Below, one piece after another: positions 1 to 8,379 of a stretch of 64,000 nucleotides of DNA (position 1 is the first letter of the stretch; each line of letters begins with the position of its first letter). The DNA lies in contig CAJMHW010000004.1 of NCBI GenBank assembly GCA_905213325.1, positions 2,455-66,454 of the forward strand, written 5' to 3'. The translations under genes were made by a program, and so were the position numbers. The DNA comes from Collinsella aerofaciens (GTDB lineage Bacteria > Actinomycetota > Coriobacteriia > Coriobacteriales > Coriobacteriaceae). The notes beneath the pieces were generated by a model that did not search any database, was not told the origin of the DNA, and saw only the letters and a program-made list of their open reading frames with translations.

Positions 1-326
1 CCCAGGGCGTGCGCCTGAACGTCTTCACCGTCGAGCGTGCCCTCGCCAAGATGGACAAGCTCAACACCCTCGGCGAGCGCGTCATGTTCGTCTTTGGCAA
101 CACGGCCGAGATGCTGCAGTTCTGCCAGGGCTACAAGCCCGACGCCATCAACCTGGGCGCCACCGCCAACCACGACGGTGCCGATCAGGTCGGCGGCAAG
201 GACAGCTCCGTCTTCCTCGACGCCACCCAGAAGGCCGACGTCAACCAGCTGCTCGACATGGGCATTAAGCTCTATGTCCAGCAGACCCCTACGTATCAGA
301 GCGTCGACATCGACGCCAAGCTGTAA
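1..326 (+). CDS. PTS mannose/sorbose-family EIIB component, C-terminal part (5' end lies outside window)
   Basis: Open frame runs to base 1. The translation (NVFTVERA..FVFGNTAEML..INLGATANHDG..GIKLYVQQTP) resembles PTS sorbose-type IIB, and IIC and IID genes follow directly. Confidence 0.7.
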   Translation, partial: QGVRLNVFTVERALAKMDKLNTLGERVMFVFGNTAEMLQFCQGYKPDAINLGATANHDGADQVGGKDSSVFLDATQKADVNQLLDMGIKLYVQQTPTYQSVDIDAKL

Positions 327-362
327 TCAACCAGGCTTTTGCCTGACTGAAAGGAGAAGGGT

Positions 363-1157
363 ATGAATACGTTCATCAGTGCGGTGCTCGTCGGCCTCGT
401 CGGCGTGTTCTGCATGTGGGACTCCCGCCTGCTCGGTCGTCTTAACTTCGAGCAGCCCCTCGTTGGCGCTACGCTCGTCGGTCTGCTGCTGGGCGATGTG
501 CCCACCGGCCTTGCCGTCGGTGCCGCCGTCGAGCTCGTGTCCATGGGCCTGGTGCAGGTCGGCGCCGCCGTTCCGCCCGATATGGTCCTGGGCGGCATCG
601 TGGCCGCTGCCTTTGCGTGCCTGACCGACGCTTCCGCCGAGACCGCCATGACGATCGCCATCCCGGTCGCCGTCTTGGGTCAGCTCCTCGGCATCGTGTT
701 CCGTTCCATCATCGCCGCCCTCACCCATGTGGCAGATAACGCGATCGATAACGGAAAGTTCAAGACCGCCTACCGTATGCACATCTGCGCCGGCTCCGGT
801 CTGTACGCCGTCATGTACTTCCTGCCGATCTTCCTCGCCGTCTTTGTTGGCACCGACCTGGTTCAGGCCATCGTCAACATGGTTCCCGAGTGGCTGTCCA
901 CTGGTCTTAACGTTTCGACCAAGATCATGACCGCCTACGGCTTGGCCCTGCTGCTCACCATGATGATCAAGAAGGGTATGACTCCGTTCCTGTTCATCGG
1001 TTTCCTGCTCGCCGCTTACCTCAACCTGTCCGTCATCGCGGTCGCTCTGATCGGTGTGTGCCTGGCTGTCGTCTTCATGGGCTTCAAGTTCAACGGTTCC
1101 CATGCAGCCGCCGGTGTCGATTCCGACTACGATCCGCTCGAAGACGACGAAGACTAA
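363..1157 (+). CDS. PTS mannose/fructose/sorbose-family EIIC membrane component
   Basis: 264-aa polytopic membrane ORF with RBS GGAGAAGGG before the ATG. It sits between the IIB and IID genes. Confidence 0.85.
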   Translation: MNTFISAVLVGLVGVFCMWDSRLLGRLNFEQPLVGATLVGLLLGDVPTGLAVGAAVELVSMGLVQVGAAVPPDMVLGGIVAAAFACLTDASAETAMTIAIPVAVLGQLLGIVFRSIIAALTHVADNAIDNGKFKTAYRMHICAGSGLYAVMYFLPIFLAVFVGTDLVQAIVNMVPEWLSTGLNVSTKIMTAYGLALLLTMMIKKGMTPFLFIGFLLAAYLNLSVIAVALIGVCLAVVFMGFKFNGSHAAAGVDSDYDPLEDDED

Positions 1158-1170
1158 GGAGGAACACACT

Positions 1171-2004
1171 ATGGCAACCGCAACCAAGGACGTGTCCCTG
1201 AACAAGAAGGTCAGCCAGTTCTTCTGGCGCTCCTGGGCCATCCAGGCCTCTTGGAACTACGAGCGTCAGATGAACATGGGCTTCCTCTACGGCATGGTTC
1301 CCACGCTCGATCGCCTCTATCCGGATGAGTCCGACCCCAAGCAGCTCGCTGCTAAGAAAGAGGCTTACCACCGTCACATGGCGTTCTACAACTGCACCCC
1401 GCAGACGAGCGCTTTCATCCTGGGCCTCTCCGCCTCCATGGAGGAGGAGTACGCCAAGGATCCCGAGAACTTCGATCCCGATTCGATCAACGCGGTCAAG
1501 ACCTCCCTCATGGGTCCGCTTTCCGGCATCGGTGACTCCTTCTTCCAGGGCACCATCCGCGTTATCGCCTTTGGCCTGGGCGTTCAGCTGGCTCAGCAGG
1601 GCTCCATCATGGGCCCGATCCTGGCTATGCTCATCTCCATCGTCCCCTCTGTGCTGATCACTTGGTTCGCAGCCAAGATGGGTTATCAGGGCGGCCACGA
1701 GTACCTGAGCAAGCTTCAGGGCGGCGACCTCATGGAGAAGCTCATGTATGTCTGCGGCATCGTGGGTCTTATGTCCGTGGGCGGCATGATCGCTACGCTG
1801 ATCGGCGCCACCACCCCGCTGCAGTTCGCTGAGGGCACCGTCGTGATCCAGGACATCCTGGACGGCATGATGCCCCAGATGATCTCCCTCGGCCTCACTG
1901 GCCTTATGTACTGGCTCATCAAGAAGAACGTCAACACCGGTTGGCTTCTCGTGATCGCCATTGTGGGCGGCATCGCCCTCTCCGCGGTCGGCATCCTGGC
2001 TTAG
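1171..2004 (+). CDS. PTS mannose-family EIID component
   Basis: ATG at 1171 preceded by AAGGAGGA. The N-terminus (FWRSWAIQASWNYERQMNMGFLY) is typical of EIID. The listed ORF 1054..2004 has an unlikely N-terminal extension. Confidence 0.85.
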   Translation: MATATKDVSLNKKVSQFFWRSWAIQASWNYERQMNMGFLYGMVPTLDRLYPDESDPKQLAAKKEAYHRHMAFYNCTPQTSAFILGLSASMEEEYAKDPENFDPDSINAVKTSLMGPLSGIGDSFFQGTIRVIAFGLGVQLAQQGSIMGPILAMLISIVPSVLITWFAAKMGYQGGHEYLSKLQGGDLMEKLMYVCGIVGLMSVGGMIATLIGATTPLQFAEGTVVIQDILDGMMPQMISLGLTGLMYWLIKKNVNTGWLLVIAIVGGIALSAVGILA

Positions 2005-2203
2005 TCGCGACTAAGCGCCTAACCGCTTTCCCCCGGGGGCCTGCCTGGCATCCCATACCCCAGGCAGGCTTCCATCCCCAACATGCGACAATGGGACAGT
2101 CCCTTTGTCGCATCCTCAACGGGCCGGCGACTCGGTCCAAACCACAGTAACCCTGCGAGCGCCCGGCAATGTGGCGCCGCAAAAATTGAAAGGAATGTGT
2201 CAA

Positions 2204-3187
2204 ATGTACGAGATCGACCTTAACCTTCCTAAGCAGATCGTCGCTGACGTCCTGTCCAACCACGAGATCCACAGCGTCGCTTTCGTCGGCTGCGGCGCCT
2301 CCATGTCCGACCTTTACCCCGCCAAGTACTTCCTGGCCAACAACACGGACAAGCTGAACGTTCAGATCTTCACTGCTAACGAGTTCAACTACGACACGCC
2401 TTCCTGGGTCAACGAGCACACCTTCGTGATCACCTGCTCCCTCGGTGGCTCCACGCCCGAGACCGTCGAGGCCAACAAGACCGCCAAGAAGCACAACTGC
2501 CCGGTCGTCTCCCTCACCAACAAGGCTGGCTCCGCTCTGACCGTCGACGCTGACTACGTCATCGTTCACGGCTTCCACGCCAACTTCGCTGCCAAGTGCG
2601 AGAAGCCCGGCTACGCCATCGCTCTTGCTGTCGAGATCCTTCAGCAGACCGAGGGCTATGACCACTACGAGGACATGATCACCGGCCTCACCAACGTCTT
2701 TGAGCTCTGCGAGAACGCTGCTCAGTCCTGCAAGAAGCTCGCCAAGAAGTTCGCCGAGGACTTCAAGGACGACAAGATGATCTACTTCATGGCTTCCGGT
2801 GCCTCCGAGAAGATGGCTTATTCTCACGCCGCCTTCCTGTTCACCGAGATGCAGTGGATCGACGCCGCCGCCTACAACACCGGTGAGTACTTCCACGGCC
2901 CGTTCGAGGTTTCCACCGAGGGTAAGCCCTACGTCTTCTTCATGTCCGATGGCGCTACCCGTCCGATGGACGCCCGCGCCCTCACCTTCCTTAAGCGCAT
3001 GGGCGCCAAGGTCGCTCTGATCGACTCCAAGGACTACGGCCTGGCTGACGCCGTGCCCGCGAGCGTCGTCACCTACTTCAACCCGCTGCTGCACCTCGCC
3101 GTTATGCGTGAGTACGGCAACCAGATCGCCGAGGCCCGTCAGCACCCGCTGACCATGCGTCGCTACATGTGGAAGCTTTCCTACTAA
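2204..3187 (+). CDS. SIS-domain sugar-phosphate isomerase/deglycase-like protein (FrlB/GfrE-like)
   Basis: Tandem SIS-type motifs (VGCGASMSD.., ITCSLGGSTPET). Start chosen at ATG 2204 after GAAAGGA. Located directly downstream of the PTS genes. Confidence 0.7.
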   Translation: MYEIDLNLPKQIVADVLSNHEIHSVAFVGCGASMSDLYPAKYFLANNTDKLNVQIFTANEFNYDTPSWVNEHTFVITCSLGGSTPETVEANKTAKKHNCPVVSLTNKAGSALTVDADYVIVHGFHANFAAKCEKPGYAIALAVEILQQTEGYDHYEDMITGLTNVFELCENAAQSCKKLAKKFAEDFKDDKMIYFMASGASEKMAYSHAAFLFTEMQWIDAAAYNTGEYFHGPFEVSTEGKPYVFFMSDGATRPMDARALTFLKRMGAKVALIDSKDYGLADAVPASVVTYFNPLLHLAVMREYGNQIAEARQHPLTMRRYMWKLSY

Positions 3188-3220
3188 TCACAAGTAAGTA
3201 GACCTTACGGGTTGATTGAG

Positions 3221-3253
3221 AGGGGATGGGGCTTGCGCCCCGTCCCCTTTTTG
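3221..3253 (+). terminator. Rho-independent terminator after SIS gene
   Basis: AGGGGATGGGGC-ttgc-GCCCCGTCCCCT stem followed by TTTTT. Confidence 0.7.
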
Positions 3254-3287
3254 CTCTGGGGAGGGCGTGTCTGTCGCGCCATAAAAC

Positions 3288-3332
3288 CCCAGATAAAACC
3301 TACCAAAATAAACCTGTCCCTTTTTGGCAGGT
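3288..3332 (+). repeat. Intergenic ~45-nt element, copy A (forward)
   Basis: cccagataaaacctaccaaaataaacctgtccctttttggcaggt. Contains the internal hairpin ACCTACCAAAA/TTTTGGCAGGT. Ends 8 nt before the HAD gene start. Confidence 0.85.
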
Positions 3333-3340
3333 GGGAGGAG

Positions 3341-3976
3341 ATGCGTATGATCAAGGCAGTGCTGTTTGATATGGACGGCGTGCTGGTCGATACCGAGTGG
3401 TTCTACAACCGTCGCCGCGTGGCGTTTATGGAGGAGCATGGCATTACGTACGATAGAATTCCAGATCTTTCGGGGTCTAATGAACCGGCAATCTGGGAAG
3501 CTCTAGTTCCTGGCAATCTCACGTTACGCGAGGAATTGCTCACGGAATATAAAAAAAGATATTGCCCCGCTCATCCCGTTCCGTATGCCGAGCTACTCAA
3601 CGAGCAGACGGAGCCGGTGATGCGTGAGCTGCACAAGCGCGGCGTGAAGTGTGCCATCGCGAGTTCGTCCTATCGCGAGCTCATTGACGAGCTGGTGGAG
3701 ATTGCCGGTATCGCCGACGTGCTGGACTACACCATCAGCGGTCACGAGTGCAGTGCGTTTAAGCCCGACCCCGAGATCTACCTGCGTGCCATGGAAGCAC
3801 TGGGGGTTGAGCCTTCCGAGTGCCTGGTTATCGAGGACTCGCCTTTGGGCATCGAGGCCGGCAAGCGCTCCGGCGCCCGCGTCCTGGCGCTGCGTCCGCA
3901 CGAGGGCGTCAACCTGGACCAGTCCGCCGCCGACGTTGTCATCGACAACCTGACCGACATCCTACCTGCCATTTAG
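3341..3976 (+). CDS. HAD-superfamily hydrolase (beta-phosphoglucomutase/phosphatase-like)
   Basis: Motif I FDMDGVLVDTE near the N-terminus and a later IEDSPLGIEAGKRSG motif. ATG 3341 (or 3347) follows GGGAGGAG. Confidence 0.8.
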   Translation: MRMIKAVLFDMDGVLVDTEWFYNRRRVAFMEEHGITYDRIPDLSGSNEPAIWEALVPGNLTLREELLTEYKKRYCPAHPVPYAELLNEQTEPVMRELHKRGVKCAIASSSYRELIDELVEIAGIADVLDYTISGHECSAFKPDPEIYLRAMEALGVEPSECLVIEDSPLGIEAGKRSGARVLALRPHEGVNLDQSAADVVIDNLTDILPAI

Positions 3977-4008
3977 GGACAGGTTTATTTTGGCAGGTTT
4001 TATCTGGG
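3964..4008 (-). repeat. Intergenic ~45-nt element, copy B (reverse); overlaps the last 13 nt of the HAD gene
   Basis: acctgccatttagggacaggtttattttggcaggttttatctggg is the reverse complement of the copy A consensus. Confidence 0.85.
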
Positions 4009-4022
4009 CAAACGCCGTATTC

Positions 4023-4060
4023 GCCGTGAAGGGACCGCTCTCTTCACGGCGTTTTTCTTT
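4023..4060 (+). terminator. Rho-independent terminator after HAD gene
   Basis: GCCGTGAAG..CTTCACGGC stem followed by TTTTTCTTT. Confidence 0.7.
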
Positions 4061-4182
4061 TGAGCGGCCTCACGGTCCTTCTGATGGTTGTCGAGAGAGG
4101 GTGAATTGAAGCGCCCTCGCACACTACATGCTACAATCGCGGACATGCCCCACAACTACATCTGCCTTCGAAAGGAGCCTAC

Positions 4183-5190
4183 GTGGCGAACGCCATTGAT
4201 CAGCTCACGGACCGAGTGCTCGTACTCGGCCGTCTCGCCATCGTTCGCCGCGCCATCACCGCCGTGGCGGTCACCATTTCGGCCGTTCTCCAGACATTTC
4301 TGATCCAGGCGTTCATTCGGCCCGCTGACCTGCTTCCGAGCGGCCTTACCGGCGTCGCGGTCCTGCTCGATCGCGTTACCTCGCTCGGCGGCGTTCACAT
4401 CGACATCTCGCTCGGCATGCTCGCGCTCAACATCCCCGTGGCGCTCCTATGTTGGAGCGGCATCAGCAAGCGCTTTGTCATCTTCTCGATGATGCAGGTC
4501 GTGCTCTCGTCGCTGTTCCTCAACATCTTTCACTTCGCTCCGTTTTTGGGCGACAAGATTATGCTCATCATTTTTGGCGGCGTGGTCTCGGGTCTGGGCG
4601 CTGCCATCGCGCTAAAGTCCGGCGCATCCACCGGCGGCACCGACTTTATCGCGCTGTGGGTCTCCAACCACACGGGCAAGACTATCTGGGGTGTCATCTT
4701 TGGTTTCAACTGCTTTATCCTGGCGATCTTTGGCTTTATGTTTGGCTGGGACAAGGCGGCGTACTCCATCGTGTTCCAGTTTATTTCGACCAAGACTATC
4801 GACAGTTTCTATCGTCGCTACGATCGCGTGACGCTGCAGATCACAACGCGTAAAGCCGACGAGGTCATGACCGCCTATGTTGACCATTTTCAGCACGGCA
4901 TTAGCTGCGCCGAGGTCATTGGCGGATACAGCCGCGAAAAGATGTATCTGCTGCACGCCGTTGTCTCGACCTATGAGAGCCAGGACATTATCAAGCTAGT
5001 GTGCGACATTGATCCCGGCGCCGTAATCAATGTGTTCCACACGCTCAACTTTGTGGGCGGCTGGTGGGGCGGTCATGTTGACGAGCCCATGCCCACGGCC
5101 GTACCCGATCCCGACAAGCCCGCGCGCATGGCCAGCAGGCAGGCGCGCCTCATCGAGCAGGACAGTCTGCAACAGGACGACGGCAAGTAG
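4183..5190 (+). CDS. YitT-family membrane protein (DUF2179-containing)
   Basis: GTG start after AAAGGAG. Multi-TM N-terminal region containing GGTDFIAL, followed by a soluble C-terminal domain typical of YitT/DUF2179. Confidence 0.7.
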   Translation: MANAIDQLTDRVLVLGRLAIVRRAITAVAVTISAVLQTFLIQAFIRPADLLPSGLTGVAVLLDRVTSLGGVHIDISLGMLALNIPVALLCWSGISKRFVIFSMMQVVLSSLFLNIFHFAPFLGDKIMLIIFGGVVSGLGAAIALKSGASTGGTDFIALWVSNHTGKTIWGVIFGFNCFILAIFGFMFGWDKAAYSIVFQFISTKTIDSFYRRYDRVTLQITTRKADEVMTAYVDHFQHGISCAEVIGGYSREKMYLLHAVVSTYESQDIIKLVCDIDPGAVINVFHTLNFVGGWWGGHVDEPMPTAVPDPDKPARMASRQARLIEQDSLQQDDGK

Positions 5191-5230
5191 GGTATTGGCA
5201 TTTTGCCGGTCCTGCGCAACCCATCCGAAC

Positions 5231-5267
5231 GAGCCCCCCGAAAGCCCCGTTGCTTTCGAGGGGCTCT
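5231..5267 (+). terminator. Hairpin after yitT-like gene (weak U-tract)
   Basis: GAGCCCCCCGAAAG..CTTTCGAGGGGCTC stem, followed only by TCGTTTG. Confidence 0.45.
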
Positions 5268-5273
5268 CGTTTG

Positions 5274-5320
5274 ACATGATAAAAACCTACCAAAATAGAC
5301 CTGTCGCTTTTTTGGTAGGC
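5274..5320 (+). repeat. Intergenic ~45-nt element, copy C (forward, diverged 5' part)
   Basis: catgataaaaacctaccaaaatagacctgtcgcttttttggtagg. Confidence 0.7.
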
Positions 5321-5411
5321 AGGGTGTATCGTTTTATCGTTATGATGTAATATAGAGCTAGACGTTATATATGTATTAGTAATTTCGATATTTTGATAAG
5401 AGTGATCAGAT

Positions 5412-6131
5412 ATGCCCGCGACCAAAAATGCACCGCTTTACCAGCAGATTTACGACGAAATCAAGGATGCGATCGAGAAAGGTGTTTATGCACCCAAGGA
5501 GCGTATTCCGTCCGAGCTCGAGCTAGCCGAGCAGTACGAGGTGAGCCGCATTACGGTGCGCCGCGCCGTCGAGGAGCTGTGTTCCAATGGCTACCTGGTT
5601 AAGCAGCAGGGCCGTGGCACCTTTGTTTCCACGCCGCACATCAACCGTCAGTTCCACGCCTCGACGCTGCAGACGTTTACCGCGCTGTGTGCCGACAATG
5701 GCATGAAGGCCGGTGCACATGTGGTCGATCGCCAGATTGTTCCGGCGCGCCAAAACGAGATGGAGTTCTTTGGCCTGCAGAAGGGCGCGCTGCTGCTGCA
5801 TATCAAGCGCGTGCGCACGGCCGACGGCGAGCCCATCTTTGAGGAGAACGTCTTTGTGCCGTTTGACGCCTACCGTGAACTGTTGACAGCCGACCTTGAG
5901 GACAAGTCGATTTTTGCCGAGGTCGGGCGTGTTGGCGGAACCCCGATTGTCTCGGCTGGCTACCGTACGGTCGAGGCCGTTCGCGCCAGCGCTGAGCAGG
6001 CGGCCGAGCTGGGCATCGCTCCGCACGATCCGCTGCTCAACCTGCGCGCCGGCTTTATCGGTCCCAATGGCGAGCCGGTCTTGCTCGGCAAACAGTACTA
6101 CGTGGGCAGTCGCTACGTCATGGTCCTGTAG
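5412..6131 (+). CDS. GntR-family transcriptional regulator (HutC/UTRA subfamily)
   Basis: N-terminal wHTH (PLYQQIYDEIKDAIEKGVY..PSELELAEQYEVSRITVRRAVEEL) plus a UTRA-like C-terminal domain. Confidence 0.85.
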   Translation: MPATKNAPLYQQIYDEIKDAIEKGVYAPKERIPSELELAEQYEVSRITVRRAVEELCSNGYLVKQQGRGTFVSTPHINRQFHASTLQTFTALCADNGMKAGAHVVDRQIVPARQNEMEFFGLQKGALLLHIKRVRTADGEPIFEENVFVPFDAYRELLTADLEDKSIFAEVGRVGGTPIVSAGYRTVEAVRASAEQAAELGIAPHDPLLNLRAGFIGPNGEPVLLGKQYYVGSRYVMVL

Positions 6132-6201
6132 GGTTGGTTCCGCCGTTCTAACGAACGGCGGACCGGTCGACGCTGCAAACGCTCCTAAGCGGCAATCTGC
6201 A

Positions 6202-6305
6202 GAATGAGCGTGGATAATCTCCCGTTTTTTGCTTGATGACGGGCTCAAAGTGGGAGATTATCCACGCTCATCCGGAAAGTGTCCAAAAATCCACGCTCAT
6301 TCGCC
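6202..6305. repeat. TCCACGCTCAT repeat family, locus 1 (22-bp inverted pair plus a third direct copy)
   Basis: 6202-6223 gaatgagcgtggataatctccc is complementary (21/22) to 6252-6273 gggagattatccacgctcatcc. A third copy, gtccaaaaatccacgctcattcgcc, ends at 6305. Confidence 0.8.
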
Positions 6306-6397
6306 TTGGATTGCGTTGCCCGTGGCCGGCAGCCGCGCGGCACCGGTCCGCGTGGCGGCGTATAATCGGCGGCAGATGACTTGGACGTTAGGAAACC

Positions 6398-8377
6398 ATG
6401 ACCGATAACATGCAGCAGATGGCGCTCGACACGCTCGGCGCCTATTTTGGCTACACCTCGTTTCGCCCGGGACAGGACCGCATGGTCGATGCGATCCTTG
6501 CCGGTCGCGATGCGCTGGGTGTTATGCCCACGGGCGCCGGAAAGTCCATTTGCTACCAGGTGCCCGCGCTCATGCTGCCCGGCATCACCTTTGTGGTGAG
6601 TCCGTTGCTGTCGCTTATGGAGGACCAGACCCGCGCACTGCTCGCGGCGGGTGCGCGCCCCAGCTATCTCAACTCCAGCCTTACGCTGGCTCAGCAAAAT
6701 ACCGTGCTCAAGCGTGCTCGTGAGGGGCGCTACCAGCTAATGTATGTGGCACCCGAGCGCCTGCTCGAGCCACGCTTTCTGGCCTTTGCGCAGGAAGTTG
6801 CGGCCGAAGGCGGCATTGGCGTGCCACTCGTAGCTATTGACGAGGCCCACTGCGTGAGCCAGTGGGGGCAGGATTTCCGCCCCGCCTACCTGCAGATTCG
6901 CGAGTTCATCGATTCGCTGCCGCAGCGCCCCATCGTGGCGGCGTTTACCGCCACGGCGACCGAGCGCGTGCGTGCGGACATTCAGCAGATGCTCGGCCTG
7001 CAAAACCCCGCGACGGTGGTGACGGGTTTTGATCGCAAGAACCTCTACTTTGGTTGCGAGGAGATGGGCGACAAGGCCAAGACCGCGTGGGTGCGCGACT
7101 ACGTGATTGCGCATTCGAGCGAGAGCGGCATCGTGTATTGCTCGACCCGCAAGACGGTCGACGCGCTGGCCGCGGAGCTTGCCGAGGCTCTGGGCCCCAG
7201 CGGCATTCGCGTTGGCCGCTACCATGCAGGCATGGGCAACGACGCCCGTCGCCAAAGCCAGCGCGCCTTTATCGACGACGATATCCAGGTGATGGTTGCC
7301 ACCAACGCCTTTGGCATGGGCATCGACAAGCCCAACGTGCGCTACGTGATCCACAACAACGTGCCCGAGAGCATTGAGGCCTACTACCAGGAGGCGGGCC
7401 GCGCCGGCCGCGATGGCGACCCGGCCAGCTGCCATCTGCTGTGGAACGGCAACGATTTTCGCATGCGCCGCTTTCTGATCGATCGCGGCGATGCTGCCGA
7501 TGAGGCACTCGACGACGAGCAGCGTGCGTGGGCGCTCCAGAATCGATATCGTCTGCTCAGCCAGATGGAGGGCTACTGCAATACCACCGGCTGCTTGCGC
7601 GAATACATGCTGCGCTACTTTGGCGACGAGGCCGCGGTCGAGCATGCCGCGGCCGGTACGGGCGGCGTCGCCACGGACGACGTCGAGGGCTGCGGCAACT
7701 GCAGCAACTGCCTCACGCAGTTCGAGGTCGAGGACGTCACCGATATGGCCCGCGCTGCCGTGCGCTATGTGGCCATGCGGCCCATGCGCTTCGGCAAGTC
7801 GCTCATCGCCGACGTGCTCCACGGCGGCAACACCGAGCGCATTCGCCAGATGCATTTGGACGAGGACCGCGGCTACGGTGAGCTGTCGAGCGAATCGGTC
7901 GGGCGCATCAAGGACATCATCGGCCAGCTGTGCGGCCGCGGTTATCTGGCTACCTCGCAGGGACAGTACCCGGTCGTGGGGCTGGGCCCGCGTGCCGCCG
8001 AGGTCGAGGATGAGGCGTTCGCCTTTACCGTTAAGCGTCGCGCGTCCAAGCGCAAGGCCTCGGCCCGCGCCCGCCGTGCGGTGGATCTGCTGCGCGAGGA
8101 GGCCGAGCTGGATCAGCGCCCGCGCGTGGGTGACGATGCCGAGCTGTTCGAGCGCCTGCGTGCCCTGCGCAAGGAGATTTCGACCGAGCTGGAGATGGCG
8201 CCGTACATGGTCTTCTCCGACAAGGCCCTGCGCGGCCTGTGCCGTCTGCGCCCCCAGACGCGCGACGAGCTGATTCAGGTCAACGGCATTGGCGAGAAAA
8301 AGGCCGACGCCTTTGGCGAGCAGTTTATGACGGCGATCGAAGAGTTTGAGTCCGAGCATGCGCGGGATGGAGCGTAA
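6398..8377 (+). CDS. recQ: ATP-dependent DNA helicase RecQ
   Basis: 659 aa with helicase motifs (PTGAGKS, DEAH as AIDEAHCVSQWGQDFRP), an RQC zinc-binding Cys cluster and a C-terminal HRDC-like region. Confidence 0.9.
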   Translation: MTDNMQQMALDTLGAYFGYTSFRPGQDRMVDAILAGRDALGVMPTGAGKSICYQVPALMLPGITFVVSPLLSLMEDQTRALLAAGARPSYLNSSLTLAQQNTVLKRAREGRYQLMYVAPERLLEPRFLAFAQEVAAEGGIGVPLVAIDEAHCVSQWGQDFRPAYLQIREFIDSLPQRPIVAAFTATATERVRADIQQMLGLQNPATVVTGFDRKNLYFGCEEMGDKAKTAWVRDYVIAHSSESGIVYCSTRKTVDALAAELAEALGPSGIRVGRYHAGMGNDARRQSQRAFIDDDIQVMVATNAFGMGIDKPNVRYVIHNNVPESIEAYYQEAGRAGRDGDPASCHLLWNGNDFRMRRFLIDRGDAADEALDDEQRAWALQNRYRLLSQMEGYCNTTGCLREYMLRYFGDEAAVEHAAAGTGGVATDDVEGCGNCSNCLTQFEVEDVTDMARAAVRYVAMRPMRFGKSLIADVLHGGNTERIRQMHLDEDRGYGELSSESVGRIKDIIGQLCGRGYLATSQGQYPVVGLGPRAAEVEDEAFAFTVKRRASKRKASARARRAVDLLREEAELDQRPRVGDDAELFERLRALRKEISTELEMAPYMVFSDKALRGLCRLRPQTRDELIQVNGIGEKKADAFGEQFMTAIEEFESEHARDGA

Positions 8378-8379
8378 CG

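Noticed and set aside
1931-3145. 404-aa minus-strand ORF opposite the SIS gene. Similar long antisense ORFs occur at 24129-26351, 27960-29702, 37840-39369, 39719-42709, 56156-58645, 32074-33723 and 6737-8386.
   Set aside because: These are typical high-GC shadow ORFs. Their translations are low-complexity (Gly/Ala/Arg/Val/His/Asp rich) with no motifs. In every case the opposite strand encodes a protein with clear family signatures.
6139-6162. GTTC-N4-GAAC sequence after the first GntR gene as a LexA box upstream of recQ.
   Set aside because: The half-sites are in the wrong order for a Cheo/SOS box (GAAC-N4-GTTC). They form the loop-proximal part of a simple hairpin, TCCGCCGTTC/GAACGGCGGA.
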